From Longimicrobiales bacterium (GTDB taxonomy: Bacteria; Gemmatimonadota; Gemmatimonadetes; Longimicrobiales; Gaopeijiaceae), in assembly GCA_965204735.1 (NCBI GenBank), contig OZ242008.1, forward strand, positions 672,001 to 736,000: a stretch of 64,000 nt of DNA, in the 5' to 3' direction. Numbering within the stretch: position 1 is the first letter of the stretch; every line of letters starts with the position of its first letter. Below the pieces are notes generated by a model. The model had not been told where the DNA came from. It saw nothing but the letters and a program-made list of their open reading frames with translations, and ran no database searches. The translations under genes were made by a program, and so were the position numbers. Positions 31,901 to 40,435 of this stretch are shown piece by piece.

Positions 31901-32414
31901 CAGCTTCGCCAAGTCCTTGGTCCACCGCGCCCGGTTCGGTTGGGCCGACCCGCGGACGCGGCGGAGTGGACCCCAGCGGACGCTGATGCTGTCGGGCAGC
32001 GTCCACGACGGAACGCTGCGCCTCGGCCCGACGTTCGTTTGGCAGGCGCAGTCGAAGATGCCGGCGCGAGGCGGAAGCTACACCTTGACCGGCTTCGACG
32101 CGTCGGGTCGGCGGCTCTTCTCCCTGTCCTTCGAACCAGGAGCTCCCAACGACCTGGGCGGCCGCAGCTTCGTGTTCGCGGTGCCCTACCGGCCCGAGTG
32201 GGATCAGAGGCTGGAGCAAATCGTGTTGCGGGGACCCGAGGGCTTCGTCGCCGTGGACCGGCCGGCGATCGACCAAGTGGCGGTCTTCGCCGACCGTGAC
32301 AGCGGGCGGATTCGCAGCATCGCTTCCAGATCGACCGGGGGCGTGCCCGCGGCGATGGGCCGATCCGACCAGTTCCGGGTGAGCCGAGGACTCCAAGGAC
32401 CGCGCCGGCGATAG
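28923..32414 (+). CDS. Lipoprotein with Ig-like domain, 12 leucine-rich repeats and M66-like zinc metallopeptidase domain
   Basis: Lipobox-like VAIAAC; Big_2-like VEITP...AVVRDQYG...W...ATGVGFG; Cys cap CDRTPQVRDAIL; 24-aa LRRs (LPEGVFDGLxxLxxLxLxxNxI); YLNQAAQ...VPLIAGR; HELGHNLALRHAPCGG. Confidence 0.88.
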   Translation: MREQRYYYYHLCGFARAIVRRSGSLARASLVPGVAVAIAACNPDVAPEPPRAAFVEITPRQASISAIGDVAEFRAVVRDQYGAPFDGPVVWSGDADDVFTIDARGVATGVGFGEGTVWATVGAATASAVVRVAGAAGGADGHGGVCDRTPQVRDAILAALEMAECGAVTDEQLATIAFLDVSGPRVLSSRSVGACDRREKKRNPTPEEIIWMEHYECDGSSVFDEAAAMNGSFGASGTADSAQPGPLDPVVTLKANDFAGLSGLAHLFLHRNHLVALPEGVFDGLDALEQLWLFYNRITALPEGVFDGLASLRRLYLHGNRLVGLPDGVFDGLSSLERVYLTSNRIAALPEGAFDDLGNLRWLYMSGNRIAEIPEGAFDNLGSLQRLYMGNNRITEIPEGAFDNLSSLQRLFVYGNEIEEVPSGAFDNLGELEWLYLYLNEIETLPEGVFDNLSNLLVLDLDGNKMTSLDEGVFDNVSELHTLWINRNDIRSLNADVFDNLAGLRLLYINSNRLTVLPDGLFEGLGRLRTLIAADNPGAPFPLELELRRTDSEDPLARGTATVSIRVAVGAPFPMAIGIGTSGASASSGWVRIGTGETQSSSIYATTPIGSGFSASLRTANVPEAPECTPAGCIVGFKIVAGDPLVLANPRQVAVSTPVAYLNQAAQNRQGTVPLIAGRRAILRVFGISNDVNNFTPAGKAMFYRDGEMVHSVDLDAPPNGIPTEVDESLLTRSFNAMVPGEVLMPGTEMVVELDSEGALPLAPGSIVRVPATGAMPLQVLEVPPLNVTVVPVQYAWEHNAVSNDGVLDVSEDLVENLPEAILYPTRTVLPVRDLRLKLREPYYTWADTMESAGFTLLGEVELLRHLEAAGTAEYYHGLFAWPRYSTWQSWGFGGVAADIPSFSALTLSHRGNGSVYSGLASTFAHELGHNLALRHAPCGGAGGPDPNYPYEAAGIGVWGYDFGMTGQQGTLLDPTSFKDHMSYCGPEWVSDFSFAKSLVHRARFGWADPRTRRSGPQRTLMLSGSVHDGTLRLGPTFVWQAQSKMPARGGSYTLTGFDASGRRLFSLSFEPGAPNDLGGRSFVFAVPYRPEWDQRLEQIVLRGPEGFVAVDRPAIDQVAVFADRDSGRIRSIASRSTGGVPAAMGRSDQFRVSRGLQGPRRR
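29679..30542 (+). repeat. 12 x 72-bp LRR-coding tandem array
   Basis: Recurrent cccgagggcgtcttcgac / cccgagggcgccttcgacaac at 72-bp period. Confidence 0.9.
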
Positions 32415-32506
32415 CATCCGCGTCGAAGCAAGACCCGGCCCGGAGCGGGAGCGGCCCCGTCGCCCCCGCTTCCGGGCCGGGCACCGCGGGACCGGCCGCG
32501 ACCTTC

Positions 32507-33238
32507 CTGCCCAAGCTGCACGTTCTCGTCGGCGACGAAGTCGTCGGACGCCCGGAAGGCTGGGCACGGCTGCTCTCCGTGCTGGACGCGGGCGGAGCTT
32601 CGCTGGCGCTTCACCTTCGGGCCCGCCGGACGTCGGCCCGGCGCCTCCACGACTTCGCGGTGCGGCTCGCGCCGGCGGCTGCCGCCCGCGGCGCTCTGCT
32701 GCTCGTGAACGACCGCCTGGACGTGGCGCTGGCGGCAGGCGCGGACGGCGTCCACCTGCGGGAGGATTCGATTCCGCCCGTCGAGGCGCGGCGTCTCTTG
32801 GAGGCCGGGCGCCTTGGGAAGCCCCCTCTCGCGGGGCGGGCCCGGCGCCGGTCGGCCGGAACCGGCGCCGTCGGCCCTCGTCTCGTCGGGCGGTCGATCC
32901 ACTCGCCGACCCAGGCCGCCGGCTTCCCCGAGGGCGCCGTCGACTACTTCGTGCTGGGCGCGGTCTACGCCACCCCGTCGCATCCGGGTCGTGCGCCGCT
33001 GGGGCTGGGCGCCCTCGCCGCCGCCGCGGCGCAGGCCGCGGTTCCAGTAGTGGCCATCGGGGGAATCACGGCCGAGCGCACGGCCCCCGTGGTCGCTGCC
33101 GGAGCGTACGGTGTCGCGGTTGCCGGCGAAGTGTGGGGGAACCGCGACCCTGCCGAGGCCGCGAGACGCTGCTTGGACGCCTTCCCGCCGGCTCCCGTCT
33201 CGCGCGTCGAGCCCGGACCGTGCCGCCTCGGGCCTTGA
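32507..33238 (+). CDS. thiE: Thiamine phosphate synthase / TenI family (start non-canonical or uncertain)
   Basis: LLVNDRLDVALAAGADGVHL, GRSIHS, VYATPSHPG, PVVAIGGI; upstream of thiS-thiG; frame open upstream through LPKLHVLVGD. Confidence 0.85.
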   Translation: MPKLHVLVGDEVVGRPEGWARLLSVLDAGGASLALHLRARRTSARRLHDFAVRLAPAAAARGALLLVNDRLDVALAAGADGVHLREDSIPPVEARRLLEAGRLGKPPLAGRARRRSAGTGAVGPRLVGRSIHSPTQAAGFPEGAVDYFVLGAVYATPSHPGRAPLGLGALAAAAAQAAVPVVAIGGITAERTAPVVAAGAYGVAVAGEVWGNRDPAEAARRCLDAFPPAPVSRVEPGPCRLGP

Positions 33239-33269
33239 ACGACTCGCTTCCGTGGGCAAATTCGAGGTC

Positions 33270-33554
33270 ATGTCCTCCACCGACGCCCCAGCGGCAGGCG
33301 GCGGCCGGACCCCGGTCCCCGGCGATCGGGCTCCGAAGCCCCGCGACCGAGCGGTCTCGATCGTCCTGAACGGCAAGCCCCGGTCCGTGTCCGCAGGGCT
33401 TACCGTCGCTGCTCTCCTTAGCGACCTGGCGCTGCGCGCGGGGATGGTCGTCGTGGAGCGCAACTGGAAGATCCTGTCCCGCCACGGGCTGGAGGCGGTC
33501 CCGGTGGAAGAGGGCGACCGGATCGAGATCGTCCACTTCGTGGGAGGCGGGTGA
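33270..33554 (+). CDS. thiS: Sulfur carrier protein ThiS
   Basis: IVLNGK...VVERN...GDRIEIVHFVGGG C-terminal di-glycine. Confidence 0.92.
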   Translation: MSSTDAPAAGGGRTPVPGDRAPKPRDRAVSIVLNGKPRSVSAGLTVAALLSDLALRAGMVVVERNWKILSRHGLEAVPVEEGDRIEIVHFVGGG

Positions 33555-33556
33555 GA

Positions 33557-34363
33557 ATGGACGCGAAGGCAACGACGGCGACGACGGCGGATCCCCTCGC
33601 GATCGGCGGCCGGACCTTCGCGTCGCGGTTGATCCTCGGCACGGGCAAGTACCGGAGCGCTCGAGAGATGGTCGACGCGGTGCGGGCCAGCGGCGCCGAG
33701 ATGGTCACGGTCGCCGTGCGCCGGGTCGACCTGGACCGCGAGCGGGAGGAAGGCGTCCTCCACCACCTGGACCGCGACGAGTTCTTCCTCCTCCCGAACA
33801 CTGCCGGCTGCTTCACCGTCGCCGACGCCCTGCGCTACGCCCGGCTGGGCCGCGCGGCCGGCATGTCCGAATGGGTCAAGCTGGAGGTGATCGGCGACGA
33901 AGCCACTCTCCTTCCGGACGTGGCGGGAACGTTGGAGGCCGCCGTCGAGCTCGTGGCCGAAGGCTTCAAGGTGATGGCCTACACCAACGACGACCTGGTG
34001 ACCGCCTTGCGGCTGGAAGACGCGGGGTGCGTTGCGGTGATGCCCCTGGCCAGTCCGATCGGGAGCGGCCTGGGCGTGGTGAACCCCTTCTACGTCCGCG
34101 AGATCAAGCGCCGGCTGTCGGTGCCGGTGATCGTGGACGCCGGAGTGGGGACGGCCTCCGACGCCTGCGTGACGATGGAGCAGGGCGTGGACGGCGTGCT
34201 GATGAACACGGCCGTAGCCGCCGCCGACGACCCGGTGAAGATGGCCGCCGCCATGAGGCTGGCAGTCCAGGCCGGGCGGGCCGCCTACTTGGCGGGGCGG
34301 ATGCCCTCTCGCGAGATCGCGGTGCCGTCGTCGCCGTCGTCGGGAATGCTTCACCGCGCTTGA
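33557..34363 (+). CDS. thiG: Thiazole synthase
   Basis: SRLILGTGKY, LPNTAGC, WVKLEVIGD, MPLASPIGSG, VDAGVG. Confidence 0.97.
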   Translation: MDAKATTATTADPLAIGGRTFASRLILGTGKYRSAREMVDAVRASGAEMVTVAVRRVDLDREREEGVLHHLDRDEFFLLPNTAGCFTVADALRYARLGRAAGMSEWVKLEVIGDEATLLPDVAGTLEAAVELVAEGFKVMAYTNDDLVTALRLEDAGCVAVMPLASPIGSGLGVVNPFYVREIKRRLSVPVIVDAGVGTASDACVTMEQGVDGVLMNTAVAAADDPVKMAAAMRLAVQAGRAAYLAGRMPSREIAVPSSPSSGMLHRA

Positions 34364-35880
34364 CCAGCGCCCGCCACCGCAGCCGCGGGCGCAGGGCAGG
34401 CGGACGCTCGCCGGGCTCGTCGCGTCGGTCGGGCTCGCCGGGCCGTGCGCTGGCGGCCTCGATCCTGCAGGAAGTGGAGTCGGGCCGGCGCCTGGATGTG
34501 GCTTGGGAAGCGTCCGGCGCCTCTGCTGCTCCCGACAGGGCGTGGATCCGGTCGCTGACCTACGGAACCGTCCGCCTGAGGGGCCGGATCGACCATCTGC
34601 TCGCGACGGTGGGCGGTCGGGAAGTTGCGGCGCTGGACCCTCCCGTGCGCACGGCGCTCCGCATGGGCGCCTACCAGCTGCTGGAGATGGGCAGCGTTCC
34701 GGGCTACGCGGCCGTGTCCCAGTCGGTGGAGCAGGTGAAGGCGTCGCGAAGCCGTGCCGCGACCGGCTTGGTCAACGCCGTGCTGAGGAAGCTCGCCGAC
34801 GCGGTTGCGGGGCTGTCCGCGGAAGCGTCCCCCGGCGTCTGCTCCGCCGCGTGCCGCGCCAAGCTCGGCGTGCCCAGCCCCGTCGACGATCTGGAGAGCT
34901 ACCTGACGACCTGGGGGTCTCACCCCCGCTGGCTGGTGCGCCGCTGGACGAGCCGCTTCGGGGAAGCGGGCGCCCGGCGACTGGTGGAGGCCAACAACCG
35001 GGAGCCGGCCGTCTATCTGCGGCCCGTGGGCATGGACGCCGCCGCCGCGGCTGAAGCGCTCGCCGACGCCGGGCTCCTGCATCGGAGGAACGGCGCAAGG
35101 AACGGAGGCGGCTCCGACGAGCTTCCGTGCGGTCCCGCCCCGTTGCTGGGCCGCTGCCTCCGCCTGCGGCGCGGCACGGACCCGGAGGCCGCGCTCCAGG
35201 TCGCCCCCGGCGTGATTCAGGACCCTGCCGCGTCGCTGGTGGTCGACTACGCGGCGCCCGCGCCCGGGTCGCTGGTGGCGGATCTCTGCGCGGCGCCCGG
35301 GGGCAAGGCCCTGGCCCTGAGCGCGTCCGCGTCCGGCGTGGTTGCGGCGGACTTGCGGCCGCACCGACTCCGACGCGTCGACGAGGGCGCCCGCCGGCTG
35401 GACGCCAGAGTCTGGCCCGTCGCAGCCGATGCCCGCTTCCCGCCGCTGCACGGCGCGGCCACCGTCCTGGCGGACGTCCCCTGCACGGGCACAGGCGTCC
35501 TTCGACGGCGCCCCGACGGCCGCTGGAGGATCGGGGAACCGGACGTAGCCCGCTTGGCCTCCGTCCAGCGGCGAATCCTCGACGGCGCCGCATCCGTGGT
35601 TTCCCCAGGGGGAGTGCTGGTTTACGCTACATGCAGCCTCGAACCAGAGGAGAACTGGGATCAGGTGAAGGCGTTTCTCGCGCGCCGCCCCGACTTTCGC
35701 ATCGATCCCGGGCCCGGGCCGCCGCGGTTTCTGGACCAGCGGGGCTGCCTGGTGGTCCTGCCCCAGGAGACCGCCTGGGAACAACTCGACGACCAGGACG
35801 AAGCCGCAGCGGGCAGGCGTCGCAGGGGCGAAGGCTTCGACGGCGCCTTCGCCGCGCGCATGAGAAGGAGTGGAAGCTAG
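34360..35880 (+). CDS. rsmB: 16S rRNA m5C967 methyltransferase RsmB/Sun (start approximate)
   Basis: NusB-like N-terminus (LTYGTVR, LRMGAYQL, LVNAVLRK), SHPRWLV, QDPAA, DLCAAPGGK, DVPCTGTG, YATCS. Confidence 0.92.
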   Translation: MTSARHRSRGRRAGGRSPGSSRRSGSPGRALAASILQEVESGRRLDVAWEASGASAAPDRAWIRSLTYGTVRLRGRIDHLLATVGGREVAALDPPVRTALRMGAYQLLEMGSVPGYAAVSQSVEQVKASRSRAATGLVNAVLRKLADAVAGLSAEASPGVCSAACRAKLGVPSPVDDLESYLTTWGSHPRWLVRRWTSRFGEAGARRLVEANNREPAVYLRPVGMDAAAAAEALADAGLLHRRNGARNGGGSDELPCGPAPLLGRCLRLRRGTDPEAALQVAPGVIQDPAASLVVDYAAPAPGSLVADLCAAPGGKALALSASASGVVAADLRPHRLRRVDEGARRLDARVWPVAADARFPPLHGAATVLADVPCTGTGVLRRRPDGRWRIGEPDVARLASVQRRILDGAASVVSPGGVLVYATCSLEPEENWDQVKAFLARRPDFRIDPGPGPPRFLDQRGCLVVLPQETAWEQLDDQDEAAAGRRRRGEGFDGAFAARMRRSGS

Positions 35881-36806
35881 TGGACCTTGGAGCTTCGATC
35901 CGTCGCCGGAGACGGGCGCAGGGGTCCACGTCCGGGTCGCCCCGCAGCAAGCGTCGGTCAGGGAGGCCCGGGCGTCGGGCGCGGAAAGAAGGGGGCGCCG
36001 GTCCCTTGGGCCGGCTCCGGAGGATCGGCCTCGCGCTGGCGGTCGCCGGCGGGGGTTTCGGAATCGGCTACGTGGCCGCAACCCGGGTGGTCTTCCCCCT
36101 GCCCGAGCTCCCGACGGACCTGCAGGAGGTCCCGGACCTGCGGGGAGCCCCGCTCCGGGTGGCGCTGGCGGCGCTGACGGAAGCCGGCTTGCAGGTGGAG
36201 AGGATCGATTCTCTTCGCCACCCCACGCTCCCGGCGGGCGTGGTCGTGGGCCAGAGCCCCTTGCCGGGCCCGACGGCCCTCCCCGGCGCCGCGCTGAGGG
36301 TCGCCGTGTCGGTGGGCCCCGAGACGCGCCTGGTTCCCGACGTCAGGAGGTGGCAGGAGGAGCGCGCGGCGGCGCTGATGCGGGAATCGGGCTTCAACGT
36401 CCGGATCGACACCGTCGAATCGGGCCTCCCGGCGGGCCAGATCGTCCGGACGCAGCCCCTGCCCGACGTCCAGGTCCCAGTGCCGTCGGACGTGCTTCTC
36501 CTGGTCAGCCTGGGCCCGCCCACATTCCCCCTGCCGGACCTGGACGGCCGCACCGAGGTGGAGGCGCTGCGGCGGCTCCGCCTGCTGGGACTTCGCGTGG
36601 TCGGCGTCGACAGGCGTCCGAGCCTCCTGAACGTGGGCGCCGTGTTCGGACAGTGGCCGGACCCGGGCGATCCCGTCCAGAAGGGCGACTCGGTGCGCCT
36701 GGTGGTGGGCCAGCGGATCCCGGGGCTCGTCGGAAGGAGCCTTCGGAGTCCGCCGCCCCCCGATTCCGGCGGTCTCGGACGGAGCGGGAACCCCGGTGGC
36801 CGGTAA
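35880..36806 (+). CDS. PASTA domain-containing membrane protein
   Basis: TM helix then three PASTA repeats (VPDLRG, VPDVRR, LPDLDG; QSPLPG, TQPLP, QWPDPG). Confidence 0.85.
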   Translation: MDLGASIRRRRRAQGSTSGSPRSKRRSGRPGRRARKEGGAGPLGRLRRIGLALAVAGGGFGIGYVAATRVVFPLPELPTDLQEVPDLRGAPLRVALAALTEAGLQVERIDSLRHPTLPAGVVVGQSPLPGPTALPGAALRVAVSVGPETRLVPDVRRWQEERAAALMRESGFNVRIDTVESGLPAGQIVRTQPLPDVQVPVPSDVLLLVSLGPPTFPLPDLDGRTEVEALRRLRLLGLRVVGVDRRPSLLNVGAVFGQWPDPGDPVQKGDSVRLVVGQRIPGLVGRSLRSPPPPDSGGLGRSGNPGGR

Positions 36807-37413
36807 GCCCAGGAGGCGAACGCGCAGCGGGCGGTACCTTGCGGCCCTTCTTGCGGTGGCGGGCGCGGGCGCGGCGGCGTGGTTCTCCAAGGGGCGGGTC
36901 CAGCCCGTCGCGGCCGGCTACCCCGCCCCCGACTTCGAAGCGAGGGACGAGCGGGGAAGCGTCGTCACCCTGGCCGACTACGAAGGAAAGGTCCTCCTGC
37001 TCAACGTCTGGGCGACTTGGTGCGGTCCCTGCAAGGAGGAGATGCCCTCCATGCAGCGGCTCTACGACCAGTTCTCTCGCGACGACTTCGAGATCGCTGC
37101 CGTCAGCGTCGACGCGCAGGCGGGCGCTCTCGACCTCCTGGGCAACCCGGGCGGCGACCCGGTGGCCTTCGCCCAGGACCTGGGCTTGACCTTTCCGGTG
37201 CTCCTTGACCCGGCGGGAGCGATTCAGCGGAGCTACCGGACGACTGGCGTTCCCGAGTCCTTCCTGATCGGTCCCCGGGGGATGATCTGGAAGAAGGTGG
37301 CGGGGGCCACGGCGTGGGACTCGGAGGCGGCGGTCACCCAGGTGCGGCGGCTGGTGGAGGAACGCGCCAGGGGCGGAGACGGAAGGTCCCGAGAGCGCCC
37401 CGGAGACGGATAG
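36796..37413 (+). CDS. TlpA/ResA-family thiol-disulfide oxidoreductase
   Basis: APDF, GKVLLLNVWATWCGPCKEEMP, GVPESFLI. Confidence 0.92.
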   Translation: MAGKPRRRTRSGRYLAALLAVAGAGAAAWFSKGRVQPVAAGYPAPDFEARDERGSVVTLADYEGKVLLLNVWATWCGPCKEEMPSMQRLYDQFSRDDFEIAAVSVDAQAGALDLLGNPGGDPVAFAQDLGLTFPVLLDPAGAIQRSYRTTGVPESFLIGPRGMIWKKVAGATAWDSEAAVTQVRRLVEERARGGDGRSRERPGDG

Positions 37414-37417
37414 GCCC

Positions 37418-38386
37418 GTGTCGCTTCCGAGCTTCCTGGTGCGCAACTGGCGGATCAAGGCCACCTCGCTTGCGCTTGCGACGTTGCTCTGGGTCACCAT
37501 GCAATTGCGCGACCAGGCCGACACCGGTCGTCGAGACTTGGGCGGCGTCGAAGTGCGCGTGGAGAACGTGGACCCGGAGTGGATGGCCCTGGGCGGCCCG
37601 TCGCCGGCCACGGTCGTCGTCGGGGTTCACGGAACCTTCGGCGACCTCTTCCGGGCGGCGCTCGCGCGACCCGTCGTAGTGATCCCGGTGGACTCGGTGC
37701 CGGGGGAGGACTCGGTCTTCGAGCTGGAGCCGGACTGGGTCGAGAACCTGGACCAGGATCGAGTCGCGATCGACGGATTCAGCCCCAGCACCGTGCGACT
37801 GCGCTTCGAGCGCAAGACGTCCGAGCCCGTTCCCGTGTCGTACCGAACGATCGGCGCCGTGCCCGACTCCCTGGCCATGACCGGCGAGATGAGGGTCAAC
37901 CCCCTCTTCGTCCAGGCGAAGGGACCCGCGTCGCTGGTGGACCGATTGGAGACGGTCTTCCTGGAGCCCTTCGACCTTGCCGCCCTGACGGGGTCGGGGC
38001 GCTTCGACGTGGCGGTGGACACCGCGGGCCTGGAGGGCGTGTCCGTCAGCCCGTCCAGCGCCGTCCTGACCGTGGAGGCGGGGACGAGGGGGCGCCGGGA
38101 GCTGGCGCCGCTGCCGGTGGAGCTGCCGGCGGACGCCGGAGAGCTGGAGTCGACGCCGCACTCGGTGGTCGTGACCCTCCACGGGGCGAGCGCGCTGCTG
38201 GCCGAAGCCGACACGACCGCCCTGCGCGTGCGCGCGACGCTGGACCTGGAGGCGGCTCGGGCTCGCCTGGAGGCGGGCGAAGAGGTGCGGGCGCCGATCG
38301 TGGTGGAGGGCGTCCCGCCGGATTCGTGGATCGAGTGGACGGCGCCGGTCGATTCGGTGACGGTGCGCCGGTCGGGGAGCGCATGA
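37418..38386 (+). CDS. CdaR/YbbR-like membrane-anchored protein
   Basis: NWRIKATSLALATLLW N-terminus and YbbR-type repeats (KGPASLVDRLETV). Confidence 0.8.
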   Translation: MSLPSFLVRNWRIKATSLALATLLWVTMQLRDQADTGRRDLGGVEVRVENVDPEWMALGGPSPATVVVGVHGTFGDLFRAALARPVVVIPVDSVPGEDSVFELEPDWVENLDQDRVAIDGFSPSTVRLRFERKTSEPVPVSYRTIGAVPDSLAMTGEMRVNPLFVQAKGPASLVDRLETVFLEPFDLAALTGSGRFDVAVDTAGLEGVSVSPSSAVLTVEAGTRGRRELAPLPVELPADAGELESTPHSVVVTLHGASALLAEADTTALRVRATLDLEAARARLEAGEEVRAPIVVEGVPPDSWIEWTAPVDSVTVRRSGSA

Positions 38387-38393
38387 CGGGCGC

Positions 38394-39422
38394 ATGACCG
38401 GACCCGTGCTCGGGATCGAGACGACGTGCGACGAGACGTCGGCGGCGGTGCTGGACGCCGACGGTCGCATCGCCGGCTTGGTGATCCACTCCCAGGACGT
38501 GCACGAGGTCTACGGGGGCGTAGTGCCCGAGCTTGCCGCTCGGGACCACCTGAGGCGGATCGAGCCGGTGGCCGAAGCCGCCCTGCGCCAAGCGAACGCC
38601 GACCGGCGCGACCTGCGGGCGATCGCGGTGGCGGCGGGACCCGGCCTGATCGGCGCCCTGCTGGTCGGCGTGACGTGGTCTCGCGCGACGGCTTTCGCCC
38701 TGGGAACGCCCCTGGTCCCGGTTCACCACATGGAGGGGCACCTCTTCGGCCCCGTGCTGGAGGACCCGGACGCCGTGCCGCCCTTCGTCGCCCTCCTCGT
38801 CTCCGGCGGCCACACGCTGCTGACCTGGGCGCCGGAGTGGGGTCGCTACTTCCTGATGGGCCAGACCCGCGACGACGCCGCCGGAGAGGCTTTCGACAAG
38901 GTGGCCAAGCTGCTGGGACTCTCCTATCCGGGCGGGCCGGCGATCGAGGCCGCGGCGGCCCTGGGCGACCCCCTGCGCTACGCCTTCCCCAGGCCGCTGG
39001 CGTCTTCTTCGGGGAAGCCGGGCGATCCCGGGCGCTTCGACTTCTCCTTCTCGGGACTGAAGACGGCAGTGGTACGGGCCGTGGACGGCGCCCGCTTGGC
39101 CGGCGAGCGTGCTCACTTGGCCGCTTCCTTCCAGGAGGCCGCGGTGGACGTCCTGGCCCGCAAGACCCTCGACGCCGCAGAGGCCGTCGGCTGTCGGCGC
39201 GTCCTCGTCGGGGGCGGCGTCTCGGCCAACCTCGCCCTCAAGGCCCGCATCGTGGACGGCCTCGGTCCCGGCGGCAGGCTCTTCGCCGCCTCGCCCCGCC
39301 TGTCGATGGACAACGCGGCCATGATCGGCCGCGCGGGCCAGTTTCGGCTGGAGCTGGGCCGTTTCGGAGGAATGGACGAAGCGGCGGCCAGCGCGCCCCT
39401 GCCGGGCATGGTTCCCTGGTAG
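38394..39422 (+). CDS. tsaD: tRNA threonylcarbamoyladenosine biosynthesis protein TsaD
   Basis: LGIETTCDET, GGVVPELAARDH, HHMEGH, LVSGGHT, TRDDAAGEAFDK, FSFSGLKTA, DNAAMI. Confidence 0.97.
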   Translation: MTGPVLGIETTCDETSAAVLDADGRIAGLVIHSQDVHEVYGGVVPELAARDHLRRIEPVAEAALRQANADRRDLRAIAVAAGPGLIGALLVGVTWSRATAFALGTPLVPVHHMEGHLFGPVLEDPDAVPPFVALLVSGGHTLLTWAPEWGRYFLMGQTRDDAAGEAFDKVAKLLGLSYPGGPAIEAAAALGDPLRYAFPRPLASSSGKPGDPGRFDFSFSGLKTAVVRAVDGARLAGERAHLAASFQEAAVDVLARKTLDAAEAVGCRRVLVGGGVSANLALKARIVDGLGPGGRLFAASPRLSMDNAAMIGRAGQFRLELGRFGGMDEAAASAPLPGMVPW

Positions 39423-39526
39423 CCCGCATCAGTGCAGAATTGATCTTGCCGACCTAGCCCCGGGCGTCCCAGGGAACGCTTCCAGGTCGCCGGATTCGCC
39501 TTTTCCGCCCCGCCAAGCAGAAATCC

Positions 39527-40435
39527 ATGCTTCCGATCCTCTTCCGGCTTCCCGAGTGGCTCCCCGCCGTCGGCGGCGCCCCCGTCACCTCGTTCGGCGT
39601 CATGATGCTGCTCTCGTTCCTCACGGCGGGATGGGTCCTGCGGGCCGAGCTGGAGCGCATGGGAGAAGAGCGCGACCGGGCCTGGGACATCCTCTTCGCG
39701 GCCGTGATCGGCGGCGTCGTGGGCGCCAAGCTCTACTACGTCCTGCTCAACTACCCGCGCCTGGCGGCCGACCCGCTGGGAATGATCTTCTCGCGAGGCG
39801 GCATGGTGTGGTACGGCGGCTTCCTGCTGGCCACGGCCCTGGTGGTGCGGAAGACGAGAAGCCTCGGCCTGCCCCTTGGCAAGGTCGCCGACGGCACCGG
39901 CCTGGCGTTGCCCATCGCCTACGCCGTAGGACGAATCGGATGCTTCCTGGTGGGCGACGACTACGGCCGTCCGACGGACTCCTGGGTCGGGATCGCCTTC
40001 CCCAACGGCAGCCCTCCCACCCGCGCCGACGTGCTGGAGACCCACTTCGGGGTCGCGGTGGATCCGGCGCTGATCGAGAAGTACGGCCAAGTCCTGCCCG
40101 TCCACCCCACCCAGCTCTACGAGGTGGGCATCTCCGTCCTGATCTTCCTGATCCTGCTGCGGCTCCAGAACCACCCCCACCGGCCCGGCTGGCTCTTCAT
40201 GGCCTGGATGGCGATGGCCGGCGCCGAGCGCTTCCTGGTCGAGTTCTTCCGCGCCAAGGACGACCGGTTCCTCGGAGCGCTCACGCTGGCCCAGCTGATC
40301 TCGCTGGCGCTGGTGGCCGTGGGGTTGGCGTGGGGGGCGTCGCTGCGACGGAGCGCGTCCGACCGCAAGCGCCGCTCCGGCCCCGGCAAGGGCGGGGCGC
40401 CGGGAAGGAAGGGCAGGGGCGCCGCCCGGCCGTGA
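39527..40435 (+). CDS. lgt: Prolipoprotein diacylglyceryl transferase
   Basis: GAKLYYV, GGMVWYGG, GRIGCFLVGDDYG, HPTQLYE, RFLVEFFR. Confidence 0.93.
   Translation: MLPILFRLPEWLPAVGGAPVTSFGVMMLLSFLTAGWVLRAELERMGEERDRAWDILFAAVIGGVVGAKLYYVLLNYPRLAADPLGMIFSRGGMVWYGGFLLATALVVRKTRSLGLPLGKVADGTGLALPIAYAVGRIGCFLVGDDYGRPTDSWVGIAFPNGSPPTRADVLETHFGVAVDPALIEKYGQVLPVHPTQLYEVGISVLIFLILLRLQNHPHRPGWLFMAWMAMAGAERFLVEFFRAKDDRFLGALTLAQLISLALVAVGLAWGASLRRSASDRKRRSGPGKGGAPGRKGRGAARP

Noticed and set aside
32415..32506. TPP riboswitch ahead of thiE-thiS-thiG
   Set aside because: No CTGAGA or other TPP aptamer core motifs in this spacer
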